Source: an uncultured Fibrobacteraceae bacterium (lineage in GTDB: Bacteria; Krumholzibacteriota; Krumholzibacteriia; LZORAL124-64-63). From it: a stretch of 64,000 bases of DNA. The notes below the pieces were generated by a model. That model saw only the letters and a program-made list of their open reading frames with translations. It searched no databases and was not told where the DNA came from. The stretch covers positions 17,006 to 81,005 of the forward strand of contig CAYQTJ010000001.1 in assembly GCA_964420395.1 (NCBI GenBank), written 5' to 3'. The translations under genes were made by a program, and so were the position numbers. This document shows, piece after piece, positions 10,201 to 19,400 of this stretch. The number at the start of each line of letters is the position of its first letter. Position 1 is the first letter of the stretch.

Positions 10201-10379
10201 TCATCGGGCACCTGCCGATGCTGCTGGCGACCGGCTCCGGCGCGGACATCCAGAAGCCGCTGGCGGCGATCGTCATGGGGGGGATCGTGACCTCGACGCT
10301 GCTGACGCTGATCGTGCTGCCGGTGCTGTGGCACGCGCTGGAGCGGCGGTCGGCGGCGGGAGAAACGCGTCTCGTCTGA
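7296..10379 (+). CDS. Heavy-metal efflux RND permease (CzcA/CusA family)
   Basis: About 1027 aa from the ATG at 7296. The N-terminus (MNRWFAALLARRWPVLV...PVDAFPDVTNVQVMVLT) and the 12-TM RND architecture are typical of HME-RND pumps. Confidence 0.9.
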   Translation: MNRWFAALLARRWPVLVAGALVAALGAAVWLRLPVDAFPDVTNVQVMVLTRAEGLGAEEVEQRVSYPLEQRMGGLPRLQLVRSLSRAGLSQVVVVFADGTDPWFARQVVFERLQEAREALPDGLEPELAPLSTGLGEIFQYTVEGDSLSLAERRAIQDWLVAPRLRAVAGVTEVNSFGGLVRQIEVRAHPGRLAEYGLSPRDLVEALARDNTNVGAGFIVHGWEQTYLLGRGQFAAPDDIGRVVLRARDGAAVTVADVAEVVEGAMTRQGAVTRDGRGETVAGMVIMLRGENSRTVVERVKAAVAAIGAALPAGARLDVFYDRTGLIEACVRTVTDALLQGGLFVILVLCLFLAEVRTALIVVLSLPLTFLVAFLIMGAAGLSANLMSLGGLAFSVGMVVDASIVIVENVRRHLARAAPERSRREVAVAALTEVARPVAFSVLIMALVLVPLLTLQGVEGKMFRPLALTLLFALLASLAVALTVVPVLAETFLARRPEREFGAVRRFHAGYLALLRGALARPRLTLALALATLLPAVALVPRLGTEFIPTLDEGAIAINVVRLPNASLAGSVAVAGELERRLLRFPEVATVVAKSGRAEISEDPMGPEQTDLFVMLKPRRQWGAGRDREALVAAMNAELSRVPGLRYSFSQPIALRVNELISGVKSDLAVKVFGPDLGRLKEIADRTASILMGVPGAGDIKVEQVVGMTEMIVEPDRHALARYGLNAADLGELLAIGVAGRQVGALVEGERRHPIVVRYPEAERGDAAALAGLLLVAPGGARVPLGQVARLVPREGPAQVSRENGARRVVVEANVRGRDLGGFVGEVRARLREVEAALPPGYWLAYGGQFENQQRAMRQLALVVPLALVLIAGLLYGALGSARGALLVILNLPFALVGGVAAAVALRMHLSVSAAVAFIVLLGIAVQNGVVLLAFLRQLREAGRTPAEAVVEGCDLRFKPLFMTALTSFIGHLPMLLATGSGADIQKPLAAIVMGGIVTSTLLTLIVLPVLWHALERRSAAGETRLV

Positions 10380-10384
10380 TACCG

Positions 10385-11215
10385 TCAGACGGGGCGGCCG
10401 GTTCCCGGCGGCAGGTGGCGCTGGCGCGCCGCCTCGTACGCCATCAGGGCGGCCGTGACCGAGACGTTGAGCGAGTCGGCCTCGCCGCGCATCGGGATGC
10501 GGACCTGCAGGTCGGCCCGCATGAGCCACTCGTCGGACAGGCCGCGGTCCTCGGCCCCGAGCAGGATGGCGACCGGGCCGCGCAGGTCGGCGTCGGTGTA
10601 GGCCGTGGCGGCGGCGGGGGTGGTGGCCACGCCGCGGATGCGCCGCTCGCGCATCCAGGAGCGGACGCGGCTGGCGTCCTCCTCGACGACCGGCACGGTG
10701 AAGAAGGCGCCGGTGGAGGCGCGCAGGACGTTCGGATTGAAGATGTCGGTGCCGGGGTCGCAGACGATGACGGCGTCGGCGCCGACGCCGTCGGCCACCC
10801 GCAGGACGGCGCCGAGGTTGCCCGGCTTCTCGACCCCCTCGAGCACGAGCAGCAGCGGCCGGTCGCCCAGCGTCAGCCGGTCGAGCGCCAGGCGCCGCTG
10901 CGGCGCGACCACCAGCACCCCCTCCGGCCTCTCCTTGTAGGCGATCTTCGCCATCACCGGCGGGTTGACCTCGATCGCCGCGAACGGCTCGCCGGCGCGC
11001 AGGAACGCCAGCAGCCCGGGGTCCGCGGCGTCGAGCAGCTCGGGGCAGTACCAGACCTCGAGGAACGGGTAACCCGCGGCGCGCGCGCGCCGGATCACGC
11101 GCGGCTCCTCGATGAGCGTGAGGCCGCGGGCGTCCCGGTCGCGGCGGTCGCGCAGGCCGAGCAGCTCCTTCACGCGCGGATTCTGCAGGCTGGTCAGGCG
11201 CTCGGGGGCCGGCAT
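10385..11215 (-). CDS. TrmH/SpoU-family RNA 2'-O-methyltransferase
   Basis: Internal ATG at 11215 (MPAPERLTSLQNPRVKE...). SPOUT motifs are LVLEGVEKPGNLGAVLRVADGVGAD, LGAEDRGLS and IPMRGEADSLNVSVTAAL. Confidence 0.85.
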   Translation of the reverse strand: MPAPERLTSLQNPRVKELLGLRDRRDRDARGLTLIEEPRVIRRARAAGYPFLEVWYCPELLDAADPGLLAFLRAGEPFAAIEVNPPVMAKIAYKERPEGVLVVAPQRRLALDRLTLGDRPLLLVLEGVEKPGNLGAVLRVADGVGADAVIVCDPGTDIFNPNVLRASTGAFFTVPVVEEDASRVRSWMRERRIRGVATTPAAATAYTDADLRGPVAILLGAEDRGLSDEWLMRADLQVRIPMRGEADSLNVSVTAALMAYEAARQRHLPPGTGRPV

Positions 11216-11220
11216 CGGCG

Positions 11221-11658
11221 TCACCCCTCCGGTCCGGCCGCGCAGACCGCGCGGACCGCCGCCGGCAGCGGCACCGGGCGCCCCGCCGCGTAGTCGAAGC
11301 AGACCAGGCCGGTCTCGGCCAGCGCCACCGCGGTCCCGTCCGCGGGGCGGGTCAGCCGGTGATACAGCCGGAAGCCTACGCGGGTCGGCCCGCCGGCCGC
11401 CGTCTCCACGCGCAGCAGGTCGCCGGCGAACGCCTCGGCCTGGAAGACGATCGCGGCGTCGGCCATGATCAGCTCGGCGCCGGCGCAGTCCAGTTCGGAC
11501 CACCCGTGCGCCGCGAGGAAGTCCACGCGCGCCTCGTGCACGAGCGCCAGCAGCCGGTCGTTGCCGAGGTGGCCGCCGTAGTTGAGGTCGGTCGTGCGCA
11601 CGCGGATCTCGCTCGCGAATCCGTATTCGGGCAGTGGCTGCAGCCTCAGGCGGGGCAT
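11221..11658 (-). CDS. Hotdog-fold acyl-CoA thioesterase (4HBT/YbgC-like)
   Basis: 145-aa 3' portion of a long ORF, starting at ATG 11658. The RVRTTDLNYGGHLGNDRLLALVHEARVDFL pattern is typical of 4HBT thioesterases. Confidence 0.75.
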   Translation of the reverse strand: MPRLRLQPLPEYGFASEIRVRTTDLNYGGHLGNDRLLALVHEARVDFLAAHGWSELDCAGAELIMADAAIVFQAEAFAGDLLRVETAAGGPTRVGFRLYHRLTRPADGTAVALAETGLVCFDYAAGRPVPLPAAVRAVCAAGPEG

Positions 11659-11753
11659 CGGGGCTCCCTGGTTGCGTGCGCGGGCGGCCCGGGCGTGCGG
11701 GACGCGCGGGGGATCATAGCATCGCGCCGGCCCCGTGGGAACGGGGCGATGGG

Positions 11754-13520
11754 TCACCAGCCGACCGCGCAGCCGTCGTTGCGCGACTCGCTGCCGCCGC
11801 GCAGGACGCCCCGCTCCCAGTCGATCCAGATCCCCTGGTAGCCGCCGTACGAGACCGCCGCGTCGCCGAGGCGGTGGCCGCGGCGCTGCAGTTCGGCGAT
11901 CGCCTCCGGCGCGAAGCCGCGCTCGAGGTGGAGCAGGCCGCCGTCGGTCATCGTCTCGCCGGTCGGCTCCGCGGAGCCGGTGTGGCGCAGCCGCGGGGCG
12001 TCGCCCGCCTCCTGCACGTCCATGCCGAAGTCGAGGAGGTTGCAGAGCACCTCGACGTGCCCCTGCGGCTGCATGTCTCCCCCCATCACGCCGAACGAGA
12101 AGACGGCGCGACCGTCCCTGGTCACCATGGCCGGGATGATGGTGTGGAAGGGGCGCTTGCCGGGCGCGAGGGCGTTGGCGTGGTTCGGGTCGAGCGAGAA
12201 GAGATTGCCGCGGTTCTGGAGGCCGAAGCCGGCCCCCTCCGGCACGAGGCCGCTGCCGAATCCGGCGTAGTTGCTCTGGATGAGCGAGACGGCGTTGCGG
12301 TCGCCGTCGACGACCGTCAGGTAGACCGTGTCGTTGTCCCGGGGCGGGGCGCCGAGACGGCGCTCCTGCGGGTCGAGCAGGCGCAGCGGCAGGTCGCCCG
12401 GCGGCACCGCGAGCGCGGCGCGCCGCGGGTCGTACAGCGCGAGCCGCTCCCGCGCGTAGTCGCGGCTCAGGAGCCGGGCCAGCGGCAGTTCGGCGAAGGC
12501 GGGGTCGGCATAGAACACCGCGCGGTCCGCGTAGACGATCTTCTTCACCTCGGCCAGCAGGTGCAGGTGGTCGGCCGAGCCGAAGCCGAGCTGCCCGAGG
12601 TCGAACGGCTCGAGCAGGTTGAGCATCTGCAGGACGCACGCCCCCTGGCCGTTGGGGGGCAGTTCCCAGACGTCGCAGCCGCGGTAGGCGGTCGCGACCG
12701 GCTCCACCCACTCCGCGCGGTTCGCGGCGAGGTCCTCCACGGTCAGCCAGCCGCCCGCCTCCTGCACGCAGCCGGCGATGCGCCGCGCGAGGTCGCCGGC
12801 GTAGAACGCGTCGCGGCCGCCGGCGGCGATCGCCTCGAGCGTCGTCGCGAGATCGGGATTGCGGAACGGCTCGCCGGCGCGCGGCGCCCGTCCGCCCGGC
12901 AGGAAGGTGGCGGCGAAGCGGGGGGAGTCGGGGTAGCGCTGCTCGCTGAACGCCCAGTAGTGGGCGATGACCGGCGTGACCGGGAACCCCTCGCGCGCGT
13001 AGCCGATCGCCGGGGCCAGCAGGTCCCGCAGCGGCAGCCGGCCGAAGCGCCCGTGCAGCGCGACCCAGCCGTCCACGCAGCCCGGCACGGTCACGGTGAG
13101 CGGGCCGTAGTCCGGCAGGCGGTCGCCCACGCCGGCCGCGCGCGTCCTCTCGATGGTCATGGCGGCCGGCGCCCGGCCGCTGGCGTTGAGGCCGTGCAGC
13201 CGGCCGTCGCGCGCGTCCCAGACGATGGCGAACAGGTCGCCGCCGACGCCGCAGCTCGTCGGCTCCATCAGGCCGAGCGCCGCGTTCACCGCGATCGCGG
13301 CGTCCACGGCCGAGCCGCCCCGCCGGAGGATGTCGAGGCCGATCTGCGCCGCGAGCGGCTGGCTCGCGCAGACCATCCCGTGCGTGGCCAGGACCGGCGA
13401 GCGGGTGGCGAACTGCCGGCCGGTGGGGCGGTCGGCAGCAGCCGCGGCCGCGGCCGCCACGAGGCAGCCGCCGCACAGCAGGGCGGCGAGCGGGGCGGGA
13501 GCGGTCGGGTGACGGCGCAT
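11754..13520 (-). CDS. ggt: Gamma-glutamyltranspeptidase
   Basis: 588 aa from ATG 13520, with a signal peptide. Motifs include GGSAVDAAIA, LGLMEPTSCGVGGDLF, NDTVYLTVVD (the autoprocessing Thr region) and GVMGGDMQPQGH. Confidence 0.9.
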   Translation of the reverse strand: MRRHPTAPAPLAALLCGGCLVAAAAAAAADRPTGRQFATRSPVLATHGMVCASQPLAAQIGLDILRRGGSAVDAAIAVNAALGLMEPTSCGVGGDLFAIVWDARDGRLHGLNASGRAPAAMTIERTRAAGVGDRLPDYGPLTVTVPGCVDGWVALHGRFGRLPLRDLLAPAIGYAREGFPVTPVIAHYWAFSEQRYPDSPRFAATFLPGGRAPRAGEPFRNPDLATTLEAIAAGGRDAFYAGDLARRIAGCVQEAGGWLTVEDLAANRAEWVEPVATAYRGCDVWELPPNGQGACVLQMLNLLEPFDLGQLGFGSADHLHLLAEVKKIVYADRAVFYADPAFAELPLARLLSRDYARERLALYDPRRAALAVPPGDLPLRLLDPQERRLGAPPRDNDTVYLTVVDGDRNAVSLIQSNYAGFGSGLVPEGAGFGLQNRGNLFSLDPNHANALAPGKRPFHTIIPAMVTRDGRAVFSFGVMGGDMQPQGHVEVLCNLLDFGMDVQEAGDAPRLRHTGSAEPTGETMTDGGLLHLERGFAPEAIAELQRRGHRLGDAAVSYGGYQGIWIDWERGVLRGGSESRNDGCAVGW

Positions 13521-13763
13521 GGGGCCTGCCTCCGGGGTCGGCGTGGCGGACGGTCGGCGCGTCTGCGATGCCGCGCCGGGCGGACGGGGCAGGGTAGCAC
13601 GGCCGGACGGTCGCGGTCTGCGGCTTCGGGGCCTGGCCCGCCGGCCCTCTCGACAGGAGCGCCCCGGGTGTGCTAGGATACTGGACTCATACAGTATCAT
13701 ATTGCGGACTGCTGGCGGGCGCTTCCCCGCCCGCCGGCCTATCTCCTTGAAAAGGAGAGAGAT

Positions 13764-16745
13764 ATGATGCGAAAGGCCACGATCCGACGCAGCCTGGCCG
13801 GTCTCGTGCCGCTCGTCCTCGCCTGCCTCGGCGGGACCCCGGGGGGGGCCGTGGCCGCCCGGGCCACCCGGCAGCCGGAGATCGCGGAGGCCCCGCCGGC
13901 GGTGGTTGGCGCCTCGCGCGCCGGGACCGCGAAGGCGGCGGTGGACACGATCTACATCCTCGGCGGCCCGGACCGCGGCGACGGCAAGTTCCAGGATGAC
14001 CTGTACCCCTGGGTGCCCGACGACGAAGGCTGGATCCCCTCCGTGGCGTCGCCCACCCGGCCGGCCTGGCACGCGGACACCTTCAACGCGGCGCAGCTGG
14101 ATCCCGCGACCGTGCCCAACCACGCGATGTGGCTCGGCGCGAATTACCCCCCGTGCGGGGGCGAGGTCGCCAATCCCGGCTACGAGAACAATCTCGACGA
14201 GTCCCTGGAGTGGAGCCGGAGCGTGGCCGACCCCGGCCTGCCGACGGCCGTGCGCGTGACCGCGCGCCTGAACCACGACATGGAGGAGTACTACGACCGC
14301 CTCACCCTCGAGGTGATGTCCGCCGGCGGCTGGGCGCCGGTGCGATCGTTCGACGGCAGCAACCGGGTCGGCGGAGCCTTCATTCCGGTCGACGTGGACG
14401 CCCAGTTCACCGTGCAGCCGGACGCGTACCAGGGCGCCGCGGGAGACGAGGTCCGCCTGCGCTGGCGCTTCGTCTCGGACGGCGGCTGGTCGGACGCCGA
14501 CTGCCTGTTCGACGGCGAGGGGGCCGCGCAGCTCGACAACGTCGCCGTCTCCTTCGATCAGGGCGGCGGCGCGGCGCCGCAGTCGTTCGACGACTTCGAA
14601 GGGGCCGGGCCGGCCGGCTGGACCGCGGTGAGCAGCGCCTGCAGCTTCGCCCGGATCTGGCCGCGGCTCGACGACGCCGGGCTGTGCGCGCAGAACAACA
14701 CGCCGCAGCTCGCGTTCATCGACGATGGCAGCCTCTGCCCCGCCAGCGACGGCACCCCGGGCGTGACCTGGACCTACGGCCCCGGCGGCTTCGTCGCCCA
14801 CTGCGCCGATCCCCTCGTGTACCCCCTCAGCGAGTTCTGGTCCCCGCCGCTCGCGCTGCCGGGGGGCGCCGTCGCCCACGACGGGTGCGAGCTGGCCTTC
14901 GACGCGTACTCCCACGGGAGCAGCATCCTCACCACGACCATCCGCTGGGCGATCCGCACCAGCGACGATTCCGGGCAGACCTGGTCCGTCTGGAAGAACG
15001 AGGGCTTCGTCTACGAGCAGAACGACCCGGCCTACCGCCGCTTCAGCTTCCCGCTCGACGGCCTGATCCCGGCCGGCGCCGACCGGGTGCAGATCTCGCT
15101 CGGCACGCTCACGCTCGGCGCGTTCTCCGGCAACTGCGCCCAGTTCACGCCGGCCCCGTACTTCGACAACGTCGCGCTCACGGTCTTCCCCCGGACCGGC
15201 CCGGCGATCTCGTTGCAGAGCGCGGGCAGCGACGCCTTTCCGGCCGGGGGCGGGCTCGATCTCGCCGATCTCGGCGCCAACGCCGTGCCGGTGGTGTCGT
15301 GGAGCGGCGGACCGATCGCGGTGCGGACCGTGCCGCGGCAGGGGGCGGTCATGACCGGTCCCCCGCTGCTGCACTGGCGGCTGCGCGCCAATCCGCTGTT
15401 CGACCCGTACCGGGCCGCGCCGCCGCCGAATCCGCTGCCCGGCAGCGCGTCGGTGGCCGATTTCCTGTTCGTGTTTCCCGACTCCGGCTTCCTCTATCCC
15501 GGAGACATCCTCCACTACTGCTTCGAGGCCTCCGACGATCGCGGGGGGGAGATCGGGACGACCTGGCTCCCGGCCGACACCGCGGGGCTGAGCCTGTTCG
15601 ACGGCGATCAGGGCCACCTCGCGGGCCGGTTCCCGCGCGAGCACGAACTGCGCGCGCTGCCGACGCTGCGCGACGCGGCCGGGACCCAGCCGCCGGTGCT
15701 CGTCTGGCAGAACTACGCCGGCGTCGCCGCCGACGACGAGTGGGCCTCGGCTCTGGCCAACCTCGGCTTCACGCCGGGCGTGGACTACGATTCCTATCGG
15801 ACCTTCCATCCCGCCCTGTCGAGGCTGGGCAGCGCCACGCAGATCGCCGGCTACGCGACGATCCTGTACGACGGCGACCGCACGAACCAGGCCGCGCCCC
15901 GGGCCGCGGACCTGGCGACGATCCGGACCTGGACCGCGGCCGGCGGACGGCGGGCCCTGTTCATGGGCGAGGACATCGCGCACGACCTCGTGCGCGCGGG
16001 CGATACCGGGTTCATGCTCGACTACCTCGGCCTGGCCGCCACAGGCAATCCGTTCGTGCCCGGCAACGTGCGCCCGGAGATCGACGACCAGGCGGCCCCC
16101 CGCGTCGTGCCGGTGGCCGGCAACGCGCCCGGCCTGACCACGGTCTTCGTGCCGAACGGGTGCCGTGACCTCAACGATTTCGACGGCCTGCAGCCGTGGG
16201 GCACGGGGGAGGGCCTGCTCTCGTATACCGCGCCCGGCGGCGGCGACGGCGGCTACCTCCACTTCGCCGGCATCTACAACCATCGTCCCGCCGACGACGG
16301 CCGCTTCGTCACGCTCCCGTACGGCCTGCGGCTGGTGGAGTCGGCGCCGGGGGACGCCGGCGGGCCGCTGGCCGCGCGCACCCGGCTGCTGGGCGAGATC
16401 CTGGCCCACTTCGGGACGTCGGGCAGCGGCCCGGCCACCGCCGCGCCGGGCGGGGCGGACGGCGCCACCGACCGCCTGTCGGCGAGGGCCTACCCGAACC
16501 CGTTCAACCCCCGCGTGACCGTCGCGTACGCCATGCCGCGCGCCGGCCGGCTCGTCGTGCGCATCCTCGACGCACGGGGGCGCCCCGTGCGGAACCTGCT
16601 CGACCGCGACGTGCCGGCGGGGACCGGCGAGATCGCGTGGGACGGCCGCGACGACGCGGGCCGGGCGGCGGCGGCCGGCGTCTACCTGTGCGAGACCGGC
16701 GCGTTCGGGACGGTGACGACCCGGAAGCTGGCGCTGGTGCGGTGA
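13764..16745 (+). CDS. Large secreted protein with a C-terminal FlgD-Ig/T9SS-type sorting-like domain; function unknown
   Basis: 993 aa with a strong RBS (AAGGAGAGAG) and a signal peptide. The last ~85 aa (YPNPFNPRVTVAYAMPRAGRLVVRILDARGRPVR...WDGRDDAGRAAAAGVYLCE) match the FlgD-Ig-like C-terminal domain, which is also present on the S8 protease at 50224-53373. Confidence 0.7.
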   Translation: MMRKATIRRSLAGLVPLVLACLGGTPGGAVAARATRQPEIAEAPPAVVGASRAGTAKAAVDTIYILGGPDRGDGKFQDDLYPWVPDDEGWIPSVASPTRPAWHADTFNAAQLDPATVPNHAMWLGANYPPCGGEVANPGYENNLDESLEWSRSVADPGLPTAVRVTARLNHDMEEYYDRLTLEVMSAGGWAPVRSFDGSNRVGGAFIPVDVDAQFTVQPDAYQGAAGDEVRLRWRFVSDGGWSDADCLFDGEGAAQLDNVAVSFDQGGGAAPQSFDDFEGAGPAGWTAVSSACSFARIWPRLDDAGLCAQNNTPQLAFIDDGSLCPASDGTPGVTWTYGPGGFVAHCADPLVYPLSEFWSPPLALPGGAVAHDGCELAFDAYSHGSSILTTTIRWAIRTSDDSGQTWSVWKNEGFVYEQNDPAYRRFSFPLDGLIPAGADRVQISLGTLTLGAFSGNCAQFTPAPYFDNVALTVFPRTGPAISLQSAGSDAFPAGGGLDLADLGANAVPVVSWSGGPIAVRTVPRQGAVMTGPPLLHWRLRANPLFDPYRAAPPPNPLPGSASVADFLFVFPDSGFLYPGDILHYCFEASDDRGGEIGTTWLPADTAGLSLFDGDQGHLAGRFPREHELRALPTLRDAAGTQPPVLVWQNYAGVAADDEWASALANLGFTPGVDYDSYRTFHPALSRLGSATQIAGYATILYDGDRTNQAAPRAADLATIRTWTAAGGRRALFMGEDIAHDLVRAGDTGFMLDYLGLAATGNPFVPGNVRPEIDDQAAPRVVPVAGNAPGLTTVFVPNGCRDLNDFDGLQPWGTGEGLLSYTAPGGGDGGYLHFAGIYNHRPADDGRFVTLPYGLRLVESAPGDAGGPLAARTRLLGEILAHFGTSGSGPATAAPGGADGATDRLSARAYPNPFNPRVTVAYAMPRAGRLVVRILDARGRPVRNLLDRDVPAGTGEIAWDGRDDAGRAAAAGVYLCETGAFGTVTTRKLALVR

Positions 16746-16835
16746 GGCGCGGGCCCGCACGAATCCGTGGCCGGGGATCGGCGGTTGGGGTACGCTCCGC
16801 GGCCGGCGACCGTCCGGCTCCGGGGAGGCCGATCC

Positions 16836-17576
16836 GTGGCGATTCTCGAGAACGACGGCTGGTGCCCCACCTGCGCCAGCAAAACCGTGTTCCGCGCCGA
16901 GCAGCCGTGGCTGCGCGAGCACTATCGCTGCCTCAACTGCGGCAGCCTGCCGCGGGAGCGGGCGCTCATGGCGGTGATCGAGGCGCGGTTCCCCGGCTGG
17001 CGGGACCTGGTCGTGCACGAGTCGTCGCCGGTGGATCGCGGCGTGAGCGCCCGCCTGGCGCGGGACTGCCCCGGCTACCTGCCGTCGCAGTTCTTCCCGG
17101 GGGCGGCCCGGGGGACCGCTGTGGACGGGGTGCGTTGCGAGGATCTCGAGGCGCTCACCTTCGACGACGAGAGCATCGATCTGCACGTGACCCAGGACGT
17201 GATGGAGCACCTGTTCCACCCCGGGCGGGCGCTGCGCGAACTGGCCCGCACGCTGCGTCCCGGCGGGGCGCACCTGTTCACCGTGCCGATCGTCAACCGC
17301 GCGCAGCCGTCGCGCCGGCGGGCCCGGCGGCTGGCCGACGGCCGGGTCGAGCACCTCGAGCCGGCGGTCTACCACGGCAATCCCGTGGACGAGGGCGGCT
17401 CGCTCGTCACGGTCGACTGGGGCTACGACATCTGCCGCCACATCCACGCCGCCTGCGGCCTGTTCACTCACGTCGTGCAGATCGATGATCCGGGCCGGGG
17501 GATCCGCGCGGAGCTGATCGACGTGCTGGTCACCGTGAAGCCGGGCGCCGGACAGGTTCCGATCTGCGACGGGTGA
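16836..17576 (+). CDS. Class I SAM-dependent methyltransferase with an N-terminal 4-Cys zinc ribbon
   Basis: The GTG at 16836 is preceded by GGGGAGG; the ORF track starts at GTG 16767. Motifs are CPTC...CLNC and then DLHVTQDVMEHLFHP and LRPGGAHLFTVP (Methyltransf_11-like). Confidence 0.7.
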   Translation: MAILENDGWCPTCASKTVFRAEQPWLREHYRCLNCGSLPRERALMAVIEARFPGWRDLVVHESSPVDRGVSARLARDCPGYLPSQFFPGAARGTAVDGVRCEDLEALTFDDESIDLHVTQDVMEHLFHPGRALRELARTLRPGGAHLFTVPIVNRAQPSRRRARRLADGRVEHLEPAVYHGNPVDEGGSLVTVDWGYDICRHIHAACGLFTHVVQIDDPGRGIRAELIDVLVTVKPGAGQVPICDG

Positions 17577-17768
17577 GCTGCGGCGTCCGGCGGCGACGCC
17601 GGCCCGCCTCTACGCCCGGGGCCCCCCGGTAAATCCCACTGGAATCCCCCTGTCTGCGGTCACCTCGTGGGGTGCGCCCGGCCGGCCGTGTGCCTATACT
17701 TGCCGGGTTGTTTCGGCGGCGGCCGCCTGCCGGCGGCGCCGGTCCACCCATTTCGGAGGCTTCACTCC

Positions 17769-19400
17769 ATGATGGTGAGCTCACGATTCCCCGCGTGGCG
17801 CCCCGGTGCGGGACGCACGGGGGTCGCGGCGGCGCTGGCCGTCGCGGCCTGCCTGGCCGGCCCGGCGCCGGTCGCCCGGGCCTTCCCGCAGGAGAGCAAT
17901 CCCGACAGCGCGCTGGTGGAGGCGCTCGCGCGCATCGAGGGGGCGCCGCTGACGCTCGAGCGGGCGCTGGTCGAGGCGGCCGACGGCTCGACCGCCGCCC
18001 GCGCCGCCCGCGCCGCGCTCGCCGCCGCGCGGGCCGCCGTGCGCCGGGAGCGGGGGGCCTTCGACCCCGAGCTGATCGGGGAGTGGAAGCGGCTGAGCGC
18101 GGACACCCCGACCGCCTCCCTGTTCGCCGGGGCGGACGTCCTGCTCACCGACGAAACCTCCGGCATGCTGGGCGCCCGCTGGCGGGCGCGCTGGGGGACC
18201 GAGCTGACCGGCACTCTCACGAGCGTGAAGCGCGAGACCAACAACGGGTTCGCCTCGCTGAACCCGGAGTACGACGCCGCGGGGCGGCTCGAGCTGCGCC
18301 AGCCGCTGTTGCGGGGCGCCGGCCCCGCCGCGCGCGCCGCCCTGGACGCGAGCGAGCGGGAGCTGGCGGCGGCGGGGGCGCGCCACGACGACGCCCTGCT
18401 CGGCGTGCGCGCCGCCGTCGAGTCGGCCTACTGGGAGCTCCACGCGGCGACGCGCGACCTCGCCGTGCAGCTCCTGATCCGCGACCGCGCCCAGTCGGTG
18501 CTCAGCGAGACCCGACTGCGGGAGCAGGCCGGCCTGGTCGGGCCGGGCCAGACCGCGAGCGCGCGGGTCTTCCTGGCGGAGCAGGAGCAGGCGCTGCTCG
18601 ATCGCGAGGAACTGCTCGACGCGGCGTCGGACCGCGTGGCCACCCTGGTCGGCCGCCGGCCCGAGGGGACGGCGCGGCGGTTCCTGGCCGTCGACGAGCC
18701 GCCGGCCGGCTTCCCGGAGCCCGACGAGGACCTCCTGGTGGAGGCGGCCCGGCGCGGGAACCTCGAACTGGTCGCGGCGGCGCAGGCCGTGGCGGCGCTG
18801 CGCGCCCGCGAGAAGGCCGCGGCGCGGGACGCGCTGCCGCAGCTCGACCTGTTCGGCAGCCTCGGCGGCAGCGGCCTGACCGGCGAGGGGCGGCAGGTCA
18901 TCATCCCGTTCGGCGATCCGCCCGACACCCTGCAGACCGCCACGACCGGCGGCCGGGGGGAGAGCGTGAGCCAGGTCCTCGACCGGAAGTACCCCGACTG
19001 GACGGTGGGCGTCGGCTTCACGCTGCCGCTGGGGGGGCGCCGCGACCGCGGCGCCCGCGACGTCGCCCGCGCCGAGGTGGCGCGGGCCGAGCACGGCCTC
19101 GAGGCGCAGCGGCGCGGCCTGGAGGAGCGGGTGCGCTCCGCCTGCCGCGAACTGGCGCACGGCCGGCGGCGCCTCGAAGTCGCGGGCGAGGGGGTGGCGG
19201 CGTCGCAGGAGCAGGTGCGCATCGGGGTGCTGGAGTTCCGCGCGGGGCGCACGACCGCCTTCGAGCTGACGCGGCTGGGGGCCGACCTCGCGTCGGCCCA
19301 GCAGCGCTATTCGCAGGCGCTCGTGCGGGCGGCCCGGGCGGCGGCGGAGCTGCGCCGCCTGACCGCCAATGCGTATCCGGGAAAGGAGACGGTGCAGTGA
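17769..19400 (+). CDS. TolC-family outer-membrane efflux protein
   Basis: The ATG at 17769 follows GGAGG. It has a signal peptide and the two-repeat OMF pattern with Ala/Arg/Leu coiled segments. It is first gene of a second tripartite pump operon. Confidence 0.8.
   Translation: MMVSSRFPAWRPGAGRTGVAAALAVAACLAGPAPVARAFPQESNPDSALVEALARIEGAPLTLERALVEAADGSTAARAARAALAAARAAVRRERGAFDPELIGEWKRLSADTPTASLFAGADVLLTDETSGMLGARWRARWGTELTGTLTSVKRETNNGFASLNPEYDAAGRLELRQPLLRGAGPAARAALDASERELAAAGARHDDALLGVRAAVESAYWELHAATRDLAVQLLIRDRAQSVLSETRLREQAGLVGPGQTASARVFLAEQEQALLDREELLDAASDRVATLVGRRPEGTARRFLAVDEPPAGFPEPDEDLLVEAARRGNLELVAAAQAVAALRAREKAAARDALPQLDLFGSLGGSGLTGEGRQVIIPFGDPPDTLQTATTGGRGESVSQVLDRKYPDWTVGVGFTLPLGGRRDRGARDVARAEVARAEHGLEAQRRGLEERVRSACRELAHGRRRLEVAGEGVAASQEQVRIGVLEFRAGRTTAFELTRLGADLASAQQRYSQALVRAARAAAELRRLTANAYPGKETVQ

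Noticed and set aside
1427-11293. Very long ORFs antisense to, or out of frame with, the LeuCD/czc genes: 1427-3571(-), 3492-5870(-), 4598-7951(-), 4925-7273(+, 5' part), 5212-7299(+), 7224-10529(-) and 7601-11293(+).
   Set aside because: Their translations are dominated by Arg/Pro/Gly/Ala runs with no recognisable motifs. They overlap ORFs with clear family signatures. Long stop-free shadow frames are expected at this GC content.
13521-17471. The N-terminal ~1300 aa of the 1905-aa minus-strand ORF 11754-17471.
   Set aside because: Only the 3' 1767 nt (ATG 13520) encode a recognisable protein (GGT, with its own signal peptide). The rest is antisense to the 993-aa secreted-protein gene and the methyltransferase gene, and is low-complexity Arg/Gly/Pro-rich.
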